64,000 bases of DNA. It comes from a virus. The stretch lies in IMG/VR virus record IMGVR_UViG_3300021977_000001. One strand, 5' to 3'. A program made the translations under genes and the position numbers. The notes under the pieces were generated by a model, which was not told where the DNA came from, did not search any database, and saw only the letters and a list, made by a program, of their open reading frames with translations. Shown here piece by piece: positions 46,676 to 56,897 of the stretch. The number at the start of each line of letters is the position of its first letter. Position 1 is the stretch's first letter.

Positions 46676-48722
46676 GATCGTACGTTCCTCTTACAAATTT
46701 AACACCCGCACAACTTAGTAGATGGTTTACATACTCGTGAGACCTTCCTCTACCCAGCGGTACTTTTCTACGATTCACCGATTGTTCAATATTTGACGGA
46801 GAATCCGCATTAAGTATAGAGCGGATGATTTCCTTTTGTGTCATTGGTGATGCAGACCCATCTAGTAGATCTGTTGTTAACTCAGGACCCACTGCCGCAT
46901 TAAATAACCTTACCTCATCTTCACCCATAATCCTTACAGGCAATTCTCGGTTAGGCGACCCATAGCGGTCACTCTTAGATGCTTTAGCTGGCAGACCGTG
47001 ATGTTGTAGTTTAGCAGTAGATACTGAAGACCAGTTATCCGGCGCTGCTTCTAGTAACATCATGTATTTAGATCCAATTAATACCGGGTCTGCGGTTGTC
47101 ACTTGCGTTACACCATCAGGTGAATAAGTTACAGGTTGAATATCAACAGGAAACTTATCTACCAAGCTAGTGATTAACTCTGGACCAATGTGCTCGCTAT
47201 TAACAGGCAGGTATAGATAAATACCATGCTCTGCGACAATATCCAAATGAGTAGCTATACGTCTATCATTAGTAAGGACTTCTTCAATGGTTTGGATCAT
47301 TGGCGGTGACACAACACTGTAATACGCTTTCAGATACTCCCATGCCTGCTGATGTTGACCTTTAGACATTAGCTCCTTTATCACACACACTACCATATGG
47401 CTAGTTGCATTAACATACTGCTCGTAAAGCTGAGATAAGTTAATACGCTTAACCGGCGAGATAGGATCCATGATGACTTCTGCACGCAGACCATTTTGAC
47501 CTACAGGCATATTTTCCGTTGGCCAGATATCTACCACAACACCCTTTGACCCACTACTGTCTGTAAGTTTAAAGCCTTTGGTTGCTTTAACCTTCTTTGC
47601 ATATTTAATCTCTACACGTCTATCGTCTAACGGCGTGTAGCGATACTTCTGCGTGACTTTATGCGGGGCCGAGTTAGGCTTGTTTGCTATCGCACGTGTT
47701 ACTATGTTAGTTAGTGCAGGTGAAAGCTGTAGTCCCTTTCCGCGCTGTTTGGCCAGTCTGCGATACTCGTTGTAGATTGTATCGTAGAACTGATCGCTTA
47801 GACGTAGGTATTTATCAGGTTGTGCATTCATTCCCACTGGCGTATTGCTATACGGAAGGTTATGATCCATATCCACTATAACATCATAGACAGTAGCTCC
47901 TGCTGCTGGCGCAACGTACGTTAATTTATCGTACGTATAATCAGGTGTCATTAACGCCTTAGGTGTCATCTCAACCATACCTAACGCCGGATCATACTTA
48001 CGTAGTGCTATAAGTAGACCATCTTCACGTATTTTATCACCGATATCTGGGAATGGCTTGTAGTTGTCTTTGTCCCCGTATAAGTTTAGCGGGTAGTATT
48101 CTTTACCCCAACTTACTACTCGAGAACCTGTCATGGTGGTTGTTAGACGCTCTGCCATACTTTCACTGATAATGAAACCATCTTCAATAGTAGCAGGTAG
48201 TGTCATATAGGCAACATTAGCTTCTAAACCATACGCGTAGTTACCATCGTCCTTCAGTGCCTTAGATTTAGCAAGGATAGTACCTTTAGGTACTTGCATA
48301 CCTGCGTATATCTTTTCAAGGGCTGATGTTGGATGGTATTGAAAACCAAAGGTGTTGTGATCAGAACAGTAGTTCTCAACAAGCAGTATATCAACCTCTT
48401 GTGTTTCTATGTTCTCGTAGATGATAGCGGTTGTAGGGTTTTCTTTAATAGAATCCGCACCTGGTCTACGTGGATAGCGTTGAATCACTTTAATTATAGA
48501 TGCATCTACAGGCATCTCGATTGCTTTAGTATATTTACCAAGCTCACGTTCTGCACCGGTTTGGATCCGTTTAGGGGTAGATCCTTCAATAACCAACGCC
48601 TGGCTTAAGTGGGAGGCAAACATCTTTCTACGAGATGCTGAGTTATGTTTACCAAACGGGTCTAAGTTATTACCTAGTCCCATAAGTTCTGGATGAAGTT
48701 CAGATGTGTTATTATCTAACAT
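46662..48722 (-). CDS. non-virion RNAP beta subunit, C-terminal part (phiKZ gp71-73-like), uninterrupted
   Basis: HNSASRRKMFASHLSQ, GFKLTDSSGSKGVV, AEVIMDP, GSKYMMLLE, VRIMGEDEVR. Confidence 0.9.
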   Translation of the reverse strand: MLDNNTSELHPELMGLGNNLDPFGKHNSASRRKMFASHLSQALVIEGSTPKRIQTGAERELGKYTKAIEMPVDASIIKVIQRYPRRPGADSIKENPTTAIIYENIETQEVDILLVENYCSDHNTFGFQYHPTSALEKIYAGMQVPKGTILAKSKALKDDGNYAYGLEANVAYMTLPATIEDGFIISESMAERLTTTMTGSRVVSWGKEYYPLNLYGDKDNYKPFPDIGDKIREDGLLIALRKYDPALGMVEMTPKALMTPDYTYDKLTYVAPAAGATVYDVIVDMDHNLPYSNTPVGMNAQPDKYLRLSDQFYDTIYNEYRRLAKQRGKGLQLSPALTNIVTRAIANKPNSAPHKVTQKYRYTPLDDRRVEIKYAKKVKATKGFKLTDSSGSKGVVVDIWPTENMPVGQNGLRAEVIMDPISPVKRINLSQLYEQYVNATSHMVVCVIKELMSKGQHQQAWEYLKAYYSVVSPPMIQTIEEVLTNDRRIATHLDIVAEHGIYLYLPVNSEHIGPELITSLVDKFPVDIQPVTYSPDGVTQVTTADPVLIGSKYMMLLEAAPDNWSSVSTAKLQHHGLPAKASKSDRYGSPNRELPVRIMGEDEVRLFNAAVGPELTTDLLDGSASPMTQKEIIRSILNADSPSNIEQSVNRRKVPLGRGRSHEYVNHLLSCAGVKFVRGTYDHDKD

Positions 48723-48766
48723 CGTTAATTATCCTATGTAAAGGGCTTGTTATGTATTGCTCTATG

Positions 48767-48785
48767 ATAATGTAGGTGTTAAGTT
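48767..48785 (-). promoter_or_regulatory. early promoter variant (AACTTAACACCTACATTAT) for nvRNAP beta
   Basis: 19-nt sequence identical to the one upstream of the gp68-like gene (53586-53604). Confidence 0.55.
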
Positions 48786-48801
48786 GTTTAGGAGAGGTTT
48801 C

Positions 48802-49137
48802 ATGGCGTTTAAAATTAATGATCTGCAACGTGATAACGGAGCAAGTGTTTACTATGATCCGGATTTCCGCGTAATGATTGAAACGCATCTTAATCATCTA
48901 CGTGGTCATGAAAAGACACAAAGCGTAGTAATAGACGAACATCGTGTATTTCGTCAAGAATCTGATTTCTATGGACTGTTATTAGAGTTGGACATCTCGC
49001 CTAAGTACTTTTGGATCCTGTTACGTGTTAACGGGTATGAGCATCCTGGTGACTTTGTTAATAAAAATACCGTCATCATGCCAGCAATAGAAGAAATAGA
49101 ACGTCTAAAGTCCATGCATCTTGCTAACAAAGTTTAA
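48802..49137 (+). CDS. conserved small phiKZ-like protein (T4 gp53/LysM-like pattern)
   Basis: Start MAFKIND (AGGAG RBS); FYGLLLELDI...YFWILLRVNGYEHP. Confidence 0.55.
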   Translation: MAFKINDLQRDNGASVYYDPDFRVMIETHLNHLRGHEKTQSVVIDEHRVFRQESDFYGLLLELDISPKYFWILLRVNGYEHPGDFVNKNTVIMPAIEEIERLKSMHLANKV

Positions 49138-49174
49138 CATATTATCTGTTTCCCATGTAAAAATCGACAGTATG

Positions 49175-49222
49175 ACGGCAAAAAAGAATAGATAGAGGGG
49201 ATTAGCCCTCTATCTATGCCGT
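49175..49222. terminator. bidirectional terminator, TATGCCGT on the plus side
   Basis: ATAGATAGAGGG / CCCTCTATCTAT; TTTTTTGCCGT on the minus side. Confidence 0.75.
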
Positions 49223-49234
49223 TAGTCGAACGGT

Positions 49235-50470
49235 TTAAACACCGCCTCCATTATAGCCGCCGTTGTTCCAACCGCCACCTTGGTTACCGCCCCAAGCGTT
49301 TTGCTGGTTACCCCACTGACCTTGAGGATTACCCCAACTACCTTGGTTACCATAACCTTGACGTTGCTTCTGCATAGCTGCTGCACGCCCAGTAGCGGGC
49401 GGCGCGTATGATGCATTACCCCATCCAACATTTGGAGCCTGATAGCCATTTTGAGGCGCACGATTACCTACTACGCTATTCCACTCACGACCGCCTGTTT
49501 TCTTAGGCGCTGATGTAGATTGAGTAGCGTTAGGTTTAGCTGTAGTCGTGTTAGGTGTTGGTGCAGCATTGCTCGCCTGTGTGTTAGCAGGCACAGAACT
49601 TGCTACTTCCACATCACCTTGGTTACCGTCTAATACCGGTATCTCATCACGCATGTCTGACAAACACCCCATCTCAGCTTCAAAGCTAACATCAATGGTT
49701 AACTCATCTACATCGACTAGATGTTCTTTAAACAACTCAATACGCTGATTTAACTGTTTAGCTAAATTAAGATAACTAAGCATTAGTGCATGGAAGAACG
49801 GTGCTGTTTTGTTATGCGTACCGTAGCTGTATGCGTTATCATTCACACCTGGTAAGATATACTCAAATAAAGCAGGTATTGACGTGAAGTCACGTTTACG
49901 CACCTTATGGTCAAAGAGTGTACGCGCTTCATCGTCACTATCCAGTAACGGCATGCTCACTACACAAAGACGCGCGTATTTAGTATTGTTCAATGTACCT
50001 GAACGTTTAAGGTACATGTTAATTAAACGATGTTTGCCATCTATGGTGGCATGGCCCATCATCTTACTATACGCTTCAACCATCTTACCATCAGCATCTT
50101 TAAGATGCGTTAGGTATTCTAACTGCGCGGGGGAGAACTTCTCATGATGCTGCGTGTTAGCCGCCATGGAAAGAAGTTGATAGGCCAGTCCATCCAACAC
50201 GCGTGTAGTACGTATCAGTAGTAGCTCTTTAAGCTTCTTAATAATAGGCGACTCGCCGCGTGCTACATTCTCACTAAGTGGGTGAAAGGCAATAGCGTTT
50301 GACCAATCAGTATCTTTCAATACATCTTTGGTAGGGAGTAGTAGTGCTTTCTCCCCTACGCTACAGGGGATAGATTCCCCTGCTAGTTTTTGATAGATGC
50401 GTCCCTGCGCATCTGACTCAAGACCCGCCGAGGTCAGTATTGTCTTATAAAGGTTTAACAGGCGGCTCAT
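49235..50470 (-). CDS. conserved core protein (phiKZ gp70-like) with G/N/Q/W low-complexity tail
   Basis: IAFHPLSENVARGESP motif; position next to the gp69-like gene. Confidence 0.7.
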   Translation of the reverse strand: MSRLLNLYKTILTSAGLESDAQGRIYQKLAGESIPCSVGEKALLLPTKDVLKDTDWSNAIAFHPLSENVARGESPIIKKLKELLLIRTTRVLDGLAYQLLSMAANTQHHEKFSPAQLEYLTHLKDADGKMVEAYSKMMGHATIDGKHRLINMYLKRSGTLNNTKYARLCVVSMPLLDSDDEARTLFDHKVRKRDFTSIPALFEYILPGVNDNAYSYGTHNKTAPFFHALMLSYLNLAKQLNQRIELFKEHLVDVDELTIDVSFEAEMGCLSDMRDEIPVLDGNQGDVEVASSVPANTQASNAAPTPNTTTAKPNATQSTSAPKKTGGREWNSVVGNRAPQNGYQAPNVGWGNASYAPPATGRAAAMQKQRQGYGNQGSWGNPQGQWGNQQNAWGGNQGGGWNNGGYNGGGV

Positions 50471-50472
50471 GG

Positions 50473-51945
50473 TTATACTCCTTGATTATCGTAAGGGGTT
50501 TGTGCAACGCTGTGCATCTGATGGGTGGTTTCTAAGTTACTACTAATAGAGATAATATCGTTAGCGACGTTGTCTAGATCAGTTCGCTGGTTAGTGAATA
50601 CCGGAGTAGTCAGCGCATCGCAGAAACTAGGCATGCTGAATCGCTCAGTATTGCCATCTAGTGTAATATCGATCACGGTATCGGATACAATGTCACATCG
50701 CATTTGAATACCAAATGAGATACGGTTACGACGCGAGATATCGGATAATATCTCTAACTTCAAACGATCGATGAAACGTGTCACGTAAGGTGTTAGGTCT
50801 ATGTTTTCTGCAAAACTATTAGCACCTGTCACCGCAACAGCGTAGTCGGTATCCATAGTGCTATTGGTAGCGGTAAACTCTACACCCAGCAACATAAGGT
50901 CAAGCATTAACGCAGGTACTGAATGACTTAGTATAGTAGCTATTAACGTTTCATTATTAGCACCGTTCCAATGGTTAGCATCGCGACCATGGTGAATAGG
51001 CGCGCCTGCTTTACGTTTAACGACCTCGCAGATCTGATCTACGTGGGGGTTAGACATACAGAGCTCACCGTATGTTAGCGACCCTGTTGCCATGATTTGG
51101 CTATGCGCGTCTAGAGATGATAGAAACCCATCGTCCATCATGCTTTGTTCAGCAACACTACCTTTAGCAGCATCGTAAATCGCTAAATCATCATCCATTG
51201 CATCCATGCTGTTACGTTCAGCAGTTTGATGCGCTGAAAGTAGACGACTTAGGTAGATAGGTGCCGATGCGTTAGAGCGTCGACTCTTCTTAGGTCCTTG
51301 GATGAAACTAACACGGCTATCTATCGCGTTATTAGTGTAGACGCTTTCTTGAAGCAATGCAGAGCCTCCTACACGATGGAAGATATCTTGAGGACGCATG
51401 CTGCATGCGTAGTTCATGTTATTCTGAGCGTTACCCCAACCGCCCGCAGTTGGACTATTGACATTACCTACGCTATCGGTCATGATGTGTGAAGCGTCTC
51501 TTACTGCCATCTGCATCTGACGACCATTAGGTCCTAGGATTTGAGATTGTCTAATCTCTACCGAGTTATTAAAATGCAGACGCATCTCAGGGTTAAGTGA
51601 ACCTTGTAGACTTAGACCCATATGGTCAGTATAACCTGACAACACCTGGTGAATAGTCGTGCCCATTTTCTCAATAGAGACATTCATGAGAAAGACAAAA
51701 CGTGTTTCATCCCAGCCGCCTGCGATGTTAGCGTTACCGCTTGCTTGAGCGGCAGGACGCACTAGTCCATCACACCCTTGTGCGATAGCGTTAGGGTTAA
51801 GGTTTGTACCGCCAAAAGTTACATCGTTAAATATACCTAAAGACTGCGCGTCGGCGTGTGTCTGATAAGGTCTAATAGCTAACGCATGGTAACTACCTAC
51901 CTCGAAAAACATTAAACGATGAACTGTCATATTACTTTGGTACAT
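50473..51945 (-). CDS. phage-nucleus import factor PicA/Imp1-like (phiKZ gp69-like)
   Basis: RPYQT, GWDETRFVFLM, GYTDH, MRPQDIF; position between the gp68- and gp70-like genes. Confidence 0.7.
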   Translation of the reverse strand: MYQSNMTVHRLMFFEVGSYHALAIRPYQTHADAQSLGIFNDVTFGGTNLNPNAIAQGCDGLVRPAAQASGNANIAGGWDETRFVFLMNVSIEKMGTTIHQVLSGYTDHMGLSLQGSLNPEMRLHFNNSVEIRQSQILGPNGRQMQMAVRDASHIMTDSVGNVNSPTAGGWGNAQNNMNYACSMRPQDIFHRVGGSALLQESVYTNNAIDSRVSFIQGPKKSRRSNASAPIYLSRLLSAHQTAERNSMDAMDDDLAIYDAAKGSVAEQSMMDDGFLSSLDAHSQIMATGSLTYGELCMSNPHVDQICEVVKRKAGAPIHHGRDANHWNGANNETLIATILSHSVPALMLDLMLLGVEFTATNSTMDTDYAVAVTGANSFAENIDLTPYVTRFIDRLKLEILSDISRRNRISFGIQMRCDIVSDTVIDITLDGNTERFSMPSFCDALTTPVFTNQRTDLDNVANDIISISSNLETTHQMHSVAQTPYDNQGV

Positions 51946-51984
51946 AGTCGCACTTCCTATTTACGTAGTTTATTTTTAAAAGGG

Positions 51985-53547
51985 TTATACTGTCTTTTCA
52001 GACGGGGTTGGATCATCAAGGAACATTAGAAGCATAGTAGCCAGTTGGTTTCTAATATCCGTTGGGATCAACATAGGCTTACCATTAACCGCTGGCGGTG
52101 TACTGGTATTAAGTAAGCTATCTGGAGAGTTATAAAACCAATCTAGCGTTTGGGTGTGTTTATTGAATCCCTCTATAAATTCAACACCTTCACAATCAGT
52201 TTTCTTACGCTCTGTAGGTTTAGCTTTTAGTTTATAATACGGATAGAGCTTCATCAACGCATCGACGTTTTCTTTAGTTAGTCGTGAGCGTGTGTTGTTG
52301 CTATATGTATCGCCTCGTATTATGGTTGGATCTTGTGATTGGCAGCGTGCGGTCAGTATATGTGCTATGTCGTACATGCCTCTATGGATTAATATAGATT
52401 GTACAACACCAATCAATCGTAGTAATTCAGGATAGTGCAAAGAGTGCAAGGATCTAATAGATACTGCTTCCGATGCTACAATAGCCACTAGATTAACTCT
52501 AAATGGCTCTATCTCTAAATCGCCCGCTTTAACTAACCTAACTACACACTCCCGCACTAGACGAATAGGGACGGCAGGTTCTAACTCTTTAGCCATCTCT
52601 ACATATTTGGATACGTAAGTTTCTGCTATAATAGGATGGACGTCAGAGACTCTCTGAGAGACTTGCAGACTTTCTGCTACCGAATCATTGTCTTCTCTTT
52701 CTTCTCCTCGCTTAGGACGATACCGGTCCATATCCAATACCATACCGCCACCACCAAACGTCTTATCCATATTTTCAATAAGGTTAGTGATAACGTTATA
52801 GATGGTTGATATAATAGACCCATCTGGCTTGTCCGTTTCAGCCACTGCGATACGGCCTAGTAGCGTACGGGCTAAAAGCCAGTCGGTTTGTTGGGCACTA
52901 CCTAGACCACCATGAATAGTGGTAGGTTTTAACGTGTCCTGATTACCTACACGTGCTTCAATATACTCAATGAGTCTATTGATTTCTGGCGTATCGTAGA
53001 TGTCGGACTGACCTATCAAAGCAGTAGCCATGTACTCTTTATACGCGGTGCCTATTTCGGCTTTATTACGTTTAATATACTCGCCCCAAATCGGCACCAT
53101 AAAACGTAATGCTGTTGTTAGAAATAGCAATCCTTTATAATCACTACGAAGGTATGTCAGCTCTTTGCTAAACCCCTCGCTGTATTCATCCTGTAGATCA
53201 GGTGGCATGGTATAGTTACCATACAACATACACCACTGACGCAGGGCTTCTACATCTATCAGAGTATACAGGCGGTTAACTAATTCGGTTACCGTCTGCT
53301 GCAATACATCAATGTTTTCTATCTCTTCAAAGGTGTAATATACCTCGTCGTATAGATTCCATATGCGATGCTGGGTCTCTTTGTCTAGTTTTTCCAGATA
53401 CGCGTTGGCATTGTCAAATAATCGGTCAGGGTTTTGAAAGGTCGTTCTCTCATAAGGACTTAACATCCACTCGTGACTTCTATCACCATGGCTAGTCAGT
53501 ACAGACGCTATTCCATTGGGCTTGCGCTGCGCAATAGTGATTTTCAT
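51985..53547 (-). CDS. non-virion RNAP promoter-specificity (sigma-like) subunit (phiKZ gp68-like)
   Basis: PPDL..., TYLRSDYKGLLFLTTALRFMVPIWGEY; synteny; early promoter upstream. Confidence 0.75.
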   Translation of the reverse strand: MKITIAQRKPNGIASVLTSHGDRSHEWMLSPYERTTFQNPDRLFDNANAYLEKLDKETQHRIWNLYDEVYYTFEEIENIDVLQQTVTELVNRLYTLIDVEALRQWCMLYGNYTMPPDLQDEYSEGFSKELTYLRSDYKGLLFLTTALRFMVPIWGEYIKRNKAEIGTAYKEYMATALIGQSDIYDTPEINRLIEYIEARVGNQDTLKPTTIHGGLGSAQQTDWLLARTLLGRIAVAETDKPDGSIISTIYNVITNLIENMDKTFGGGGMVLDMDRYRPKRGEEREDNDSVAESLQVSQRVSDVHPIIAETYVSKYVEMAKELEPAVPIRLVRECVVRLVKAGDLEIEPFRVNLVAIVASEAVSIRSLHSLHYPELLRLIGVVQSILIHRGMYDIAHILTARCQSQDPTIIRGDTYSNNTRSRLTKENVDALMKLYPYYKLKAKPTERKKTDCEGVEFIEGFNKHTQTLDWFYNSPDSLLNTSTPPAVNGKPMLIPTDIRNQLATMLLMFLDDPTPSEKTV

Positions 53548-53585
53548 AGTTACCTCTTTAAACGTTAGGGATAAGGTTCATCTAA

Positions 53586-53604
53586 ATAATGTAGGTGTTA
53601 AGTT
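53586..53604 (-). promoter_or_regulatory. early promoter variant (AACTTAACACCTACATTAT)
   Basis: Identical to the 48767-48785 motif. Confidence 0.55.
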
Positions 53605-53621
53605 ACGTGGTATCGATTACT

Positions 53622-53653
53622 GGGCATAAGAGGTAGGCAAATGCCTACCTCTT
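53622..53653 (-). terminator. hairpin + TATGCCC terminator
   Basis: AAGAGGTAGGCA / TGCCTACCTCTT. Confidence 0.65.
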
Positions 53654-53669
53654 TCACGTACCTGTGATC

Positions 53670-54371
53670 TTAAAAGATATCTTCATCAAAGTCGATGTTG
53701 CTTGATGATTGAGACTGACCACCGTAGCTATTACCGCCACCTTGGTTATTGTAGCCCTTATTACCTTGACCACCTTGCTGATCGCGTGGTGCTGGAGGCT
53801 CATACTCGTTAGCGGCAACTATAGGTATCAATCCTTTAAGCATTTCAACAAATGCTGTTGCGGCTAGTACACTATCTTCAGCTTCAGTGAACGGTGTGCC
53901 GTTACCATGGTAAAGGTCATGCCAGTAGCCTGATGAGAAAATAAACTTAATCTTAGGACGGCTGTTGTCTTCCTTATCAATAACGCTGATAAAGATTCGA
54001 CCTTCGGCGTCCTTACCTGCCAACGTATCGCTTAGGTTAACTGGCGCGTCTGATTTCTTACCTTGACCAAACCATTTGTAGTTCTTGTTTTGAATCACGT
54101 AACGTGTATTTGGTTCAGCTTCAATCGCTTTATTAATAAGCGCTAGTAATGCAAAGAACACAGGCCCGTCCATTGCAGCACGGATATTACCATTGTTCTT
54201 ATCGCCTTCTACATTAGTATAGACGTCAATACGTGGGTTGTTCTTTACCACGCTAAACGCTAACGATGGACGACGCTTAGAACCTGATACAGGATCTGCG
54301 CTTAAGCGGAATTTGGTCTCGTCTAGAACGTTCTTCTTACGTGGTGGACGGCGGAAATTGTTATCGGCCAT
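53670..54371 (-). CDS. conserved core protein (phiKZ gp67-like), SSB-like acidic tail
   Basis: KNNPRIDVYTN core; G/Q/N linker ending DFDEDIF. Confidence 0.65.
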   Translation of the reverse strand: MADNNFRRPPRKKNVLDETKFRLSADPVSGSKRRPSLAFSVVKNNPRIDVYTNVEGDKNNGNIRAAMDGPVFFALLALINKAIEAEPNTRYVIQNKNYKWFGQGKKSDAPVNLSDTLAGKDAEGRIFISVIDKEDNSRPKIKFIFSSGYWHDLYHGNGTPFTEAEDSVLAATAFVEMLKGLIPIVAANEYEPPAPRDQQGGQGNKGYNNQGGGNSYGGQSQSSSNIDFDEDIF

Positions 54372-54422
54372 TGGAGTTTCCTTTATGGGCTAATGTTCTT
54401 CATGTTATTGCTCGCCTGTGTA

Positions 54423-55229
54423 TTATCTGACACTTACAGCTAACAATTGCTTATAAAAACTTGCTGCTATTTTATCTTTTAATGTATCGATATCATAGAG
54501 CATTTTATCTTTAGTGGTTAACGCATGCCATCGTTTTTCTTTGGCAAGTTCATTTAACGTTACTTTGATACGATGAGGCATGGTGTTGAAATTAGTCGCA
54601 CCGTCGCCAAATACCTGTAACGTCATGCTATTGAACGGCATGTGTGTTAACTGTTTACCCCCTGTAAGTTTACTATTCCATTTATTACGGGTTTTAATTG
54701 AACCTGTATGGCTTTCAATGAGACTTAACTCATCAAAGAACGTATGGGATAGTAAATCAACAGGGTAGTGGGTGAGGATCATTCCTTTATTACGCTCACC
54801 TTTAACCGCAACGTCCATTTGACGTATACTGTTATCTTGCGCTAGAAGACGCTTACATACTGCACGTTCAAGCACGCGATATTGTAACTGCCCTGGTGTT
54901 TTGGGTTTCTTTATCTGCGCCTTGGGGAATTGCTTTTCTAGCGTATTATGGCTTGTATGGTAGAAGATACATGTTGTCTTTTCTTGACTTAATGCAGTAA
55001 TAGCGCTATCTAGCCCTTCCATTTCTTCTACCATCATCTCCACTAACGCTGTATCGCTAATACCTACGCTGTCTTTAACCGCGCCGTGGGTATTGCGTAG
55101 TAACGTACGTATATTAACCCAGAAACTATCCGGGTAGCGCTCTAGTTGGCTAAAGCCTTCTTCTAACGCTACCGATGTACCTATGTTAATACCGTACTCA
55201 CCTAACTCACGTGTTAGATCCATCGTCAT
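54423..55229 (-). CDS. conserved core protein (phiKZ gp66-like; possible nuclease-fold)
   Basis: IGTSVALE, WVNIRTLLRN, LTHYPVDLL, ESHTG, LQVFGD. Confidence 0.6.
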   Translation of the reverse strand: MTMDLTRELGEYGINIGTSVALEEGFSQLERYPDSFWVNIRTLLRNTHGAVKDSVGISDTALVEMMVEEMEGLDSAITALSQEKTTCIFYHTSHNTLEKQFPKAQIKKPKTPGQLQYRVLERAVCKRLLAQDNSIRQMDVAVKGERNKGMILTHYPVDLLSHTFFDELSLIESHTGSIKTRNKWNSKLTGGKQLTHMPFNSMTLQVFGDGATNFNTMPHRIKVTLNELAKEKRWHALTTKDKMLYDIDTLKDKIAASFYKQLLAVSVR

Positions 55230-55746
55230 CTCCTAACACCGCGTCCATTCTTAAATGCATGGACTCTCTTGATAGCTGACCTTGACGCAGACGCGTACCG
55301 GGACCTAATAACAGCCAGCCTATTTCTGATTTATAAGCAGGCTTGTCTAACAGTATAGTGCCTGAGTCCCAACAGTAGTTATCCTTAACCGTAACACTAC
55401 TACGTTTAATTTTATCAAGGAATAACCTCACCTTGGTCATCCCTGCAACCGTCTCGCCATAGAGTCGCATTAGGCTTTCTTTGATGTTATTAACCGAAGC
55501 ATTGCTGCTAGGATTTACGACTTGACGTTCTACCATGATGAGAAAATCTAAAAGGTCATCATCCGTCGGGAAGACCTTTTGAAATAACTCAGCTAACGGC
55601 GTATACGTGCCGCTAGGAGGTCTTCCAGGAACCACGTCCCATTGTTCTAACATTAAGTAGATCTTATCTACATCTTTGTCTTTAAAATTAGCACACATAA
55701 GTAGTGTATGGTGCAGGGCAATTTTCAAACGAATCTCTGGTTTCAT
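55207..55746 (-). CDS. hypothetical protein
   Basis: 179-aa ORF overlapping both neighbours by short couplings. Confidence 0.6.
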   Translation of the reverse strand: MKPEIRLKIALHHTLLMCANFKDKDVDKIYLMLEQWDVVPGRPPSGTYTPLAELFQKVFPTDDDLLDFLIMVERQVVNPSSNASVNNIKESLMRLYGETVAGMTKVRLFLDKIKRSSVTVKDNYCWDSGTILLDKPAYKSEIGWLLLGPGTRLRQGQLSRESMHLRMDAVLGDDDGSNT

Positions 55747-56888
55747 TGGGCTTGTACTCTTTTAAGTAATGCTTTAACTTGCTCGGTTCTATTAGCATCT
55801 AAACCAGCCGCTATGCACTTTTCTTCTAATAGAGCAGTAATGTTAGCAGATGAGATTTCTACCGCCTCGTATTTGGCGGTAAGTCCAGTAACGTCACTGT
55901 CTGTGGTGGTTTTATCACTGACCACTTTTAACTTCATCGTGTAGTGTGGAAAGTGTTCCCTTAATGTACTAATGGCGTTTTTAACATCGCCATCACTGGT
56001 ACACTGGATACGCACATGGCTACCTTTAGGAAGGTCGTCGTGTGCTTTTAACTTATTGATAACGCCTGCTGTGTCCATATCGGTTGCGTCGATGGTGACA
56101 AAGCGGGTTGCGTCGTGGTTGATTCTGAATTCAACTCGGTCATGGTGACCATCTTCGCTCACTCTAACGCGTACATGGCCTTTTGCTTCTTCCTCACCAT
56201 GACCTAGGCGGTCGAACGACCCTTGTGTGATAATGCGATCATACACGCTATGGGTGTGGAAGTGGCCAATAAAGATATAATGTTTAACTATATCTAAATA
56301 ACGCGCGGACTGATGGCTAGGTATTTTAAGGTGCTCGGGTAGATGGTATTCAAAGTTACCATGCATGATGGCAAAGTCTACTTTATCTAACCCTTGTTCT
56401 TCTAATAAACCCTTTACCGACCCCCAGGTGATGTCTGGGTCGTGGTCCCATTCATCGGGCACATAAAGCGCATGTATATCAAGGCTAGTTATGTATTCGA
56501 TAGATAGCGTATCTACGTATTTAAAGTCAACAAACTTATCTTCTTTATCATACCCCACAGTAAGATATATCATCTCAAACTGCCTACCCTGACCACGGTC
56601 ATGGCTAGGTGTTCCTTCCAATACTCTCAACACAATGTCGTGTCTATGGCAAAGCTCAAATAGATCGGCTATCCATATTTGAATTTCTAACACCGGCGCA
56701 TCAGGTAAGAACAATAGCTTGTCAAAGACATCGCCTGCTAGAAAGATAGCGTCTAGCTTATCAGTTTCACTATTACTAGGTAAAGCTTTGTAAAGACGGG
56801 AGATAATATCATTAGTAGATACCAGACTATGTCCTAGGTGAATATCTGATAAACAAGCAAGTTCTAAATACTTTCCCTTACCCTGCAT
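55743..56888 (-). CDS. SbcD/Mre11-like metallophosphoesterase nuclease (phiKZ gp65-like)
   Basis: SDIHLGH, AGDVFD, GTPSHD, MHGNF, GHFHTH, GSFDR. Confidence 0.9.
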   Translation of the reverse strand: MQGKGKYLELACLSDIHLGHSLVSTNDIISRLYKALPSNSETDKLDAIFLAGDVFDKLLFLPDAPVLEIQIWIADLFELCHRHDIVLRVLEGTPSHDRGQGRQFEMIYLTVGYDKEDKFVDFKYVDTLSIEYITSLDIHALYVPDEWDHDPDITWGSVKGLLEEQGLDKVDFAIMHGNFEYHLPEHLKIPSHQSARYLDIVKHYIFIGHFHTHSVYDRIITQGSFDRLGHGEEEAKGHVRVRVSEDGHHDRVEFRINHDATRFVTIDATDMDTAGVINKLKAHDDLPKGSHVRIQCTSDGDVKNAISTLREHFPHYTMKLKVVSDKTTTDSDVTGLTAKYEAVEISSANITALLEEKCIAAGLDANRTEQVKALLKRVQAQ

Positions 56889-56897
56889 GGTGGTTCC

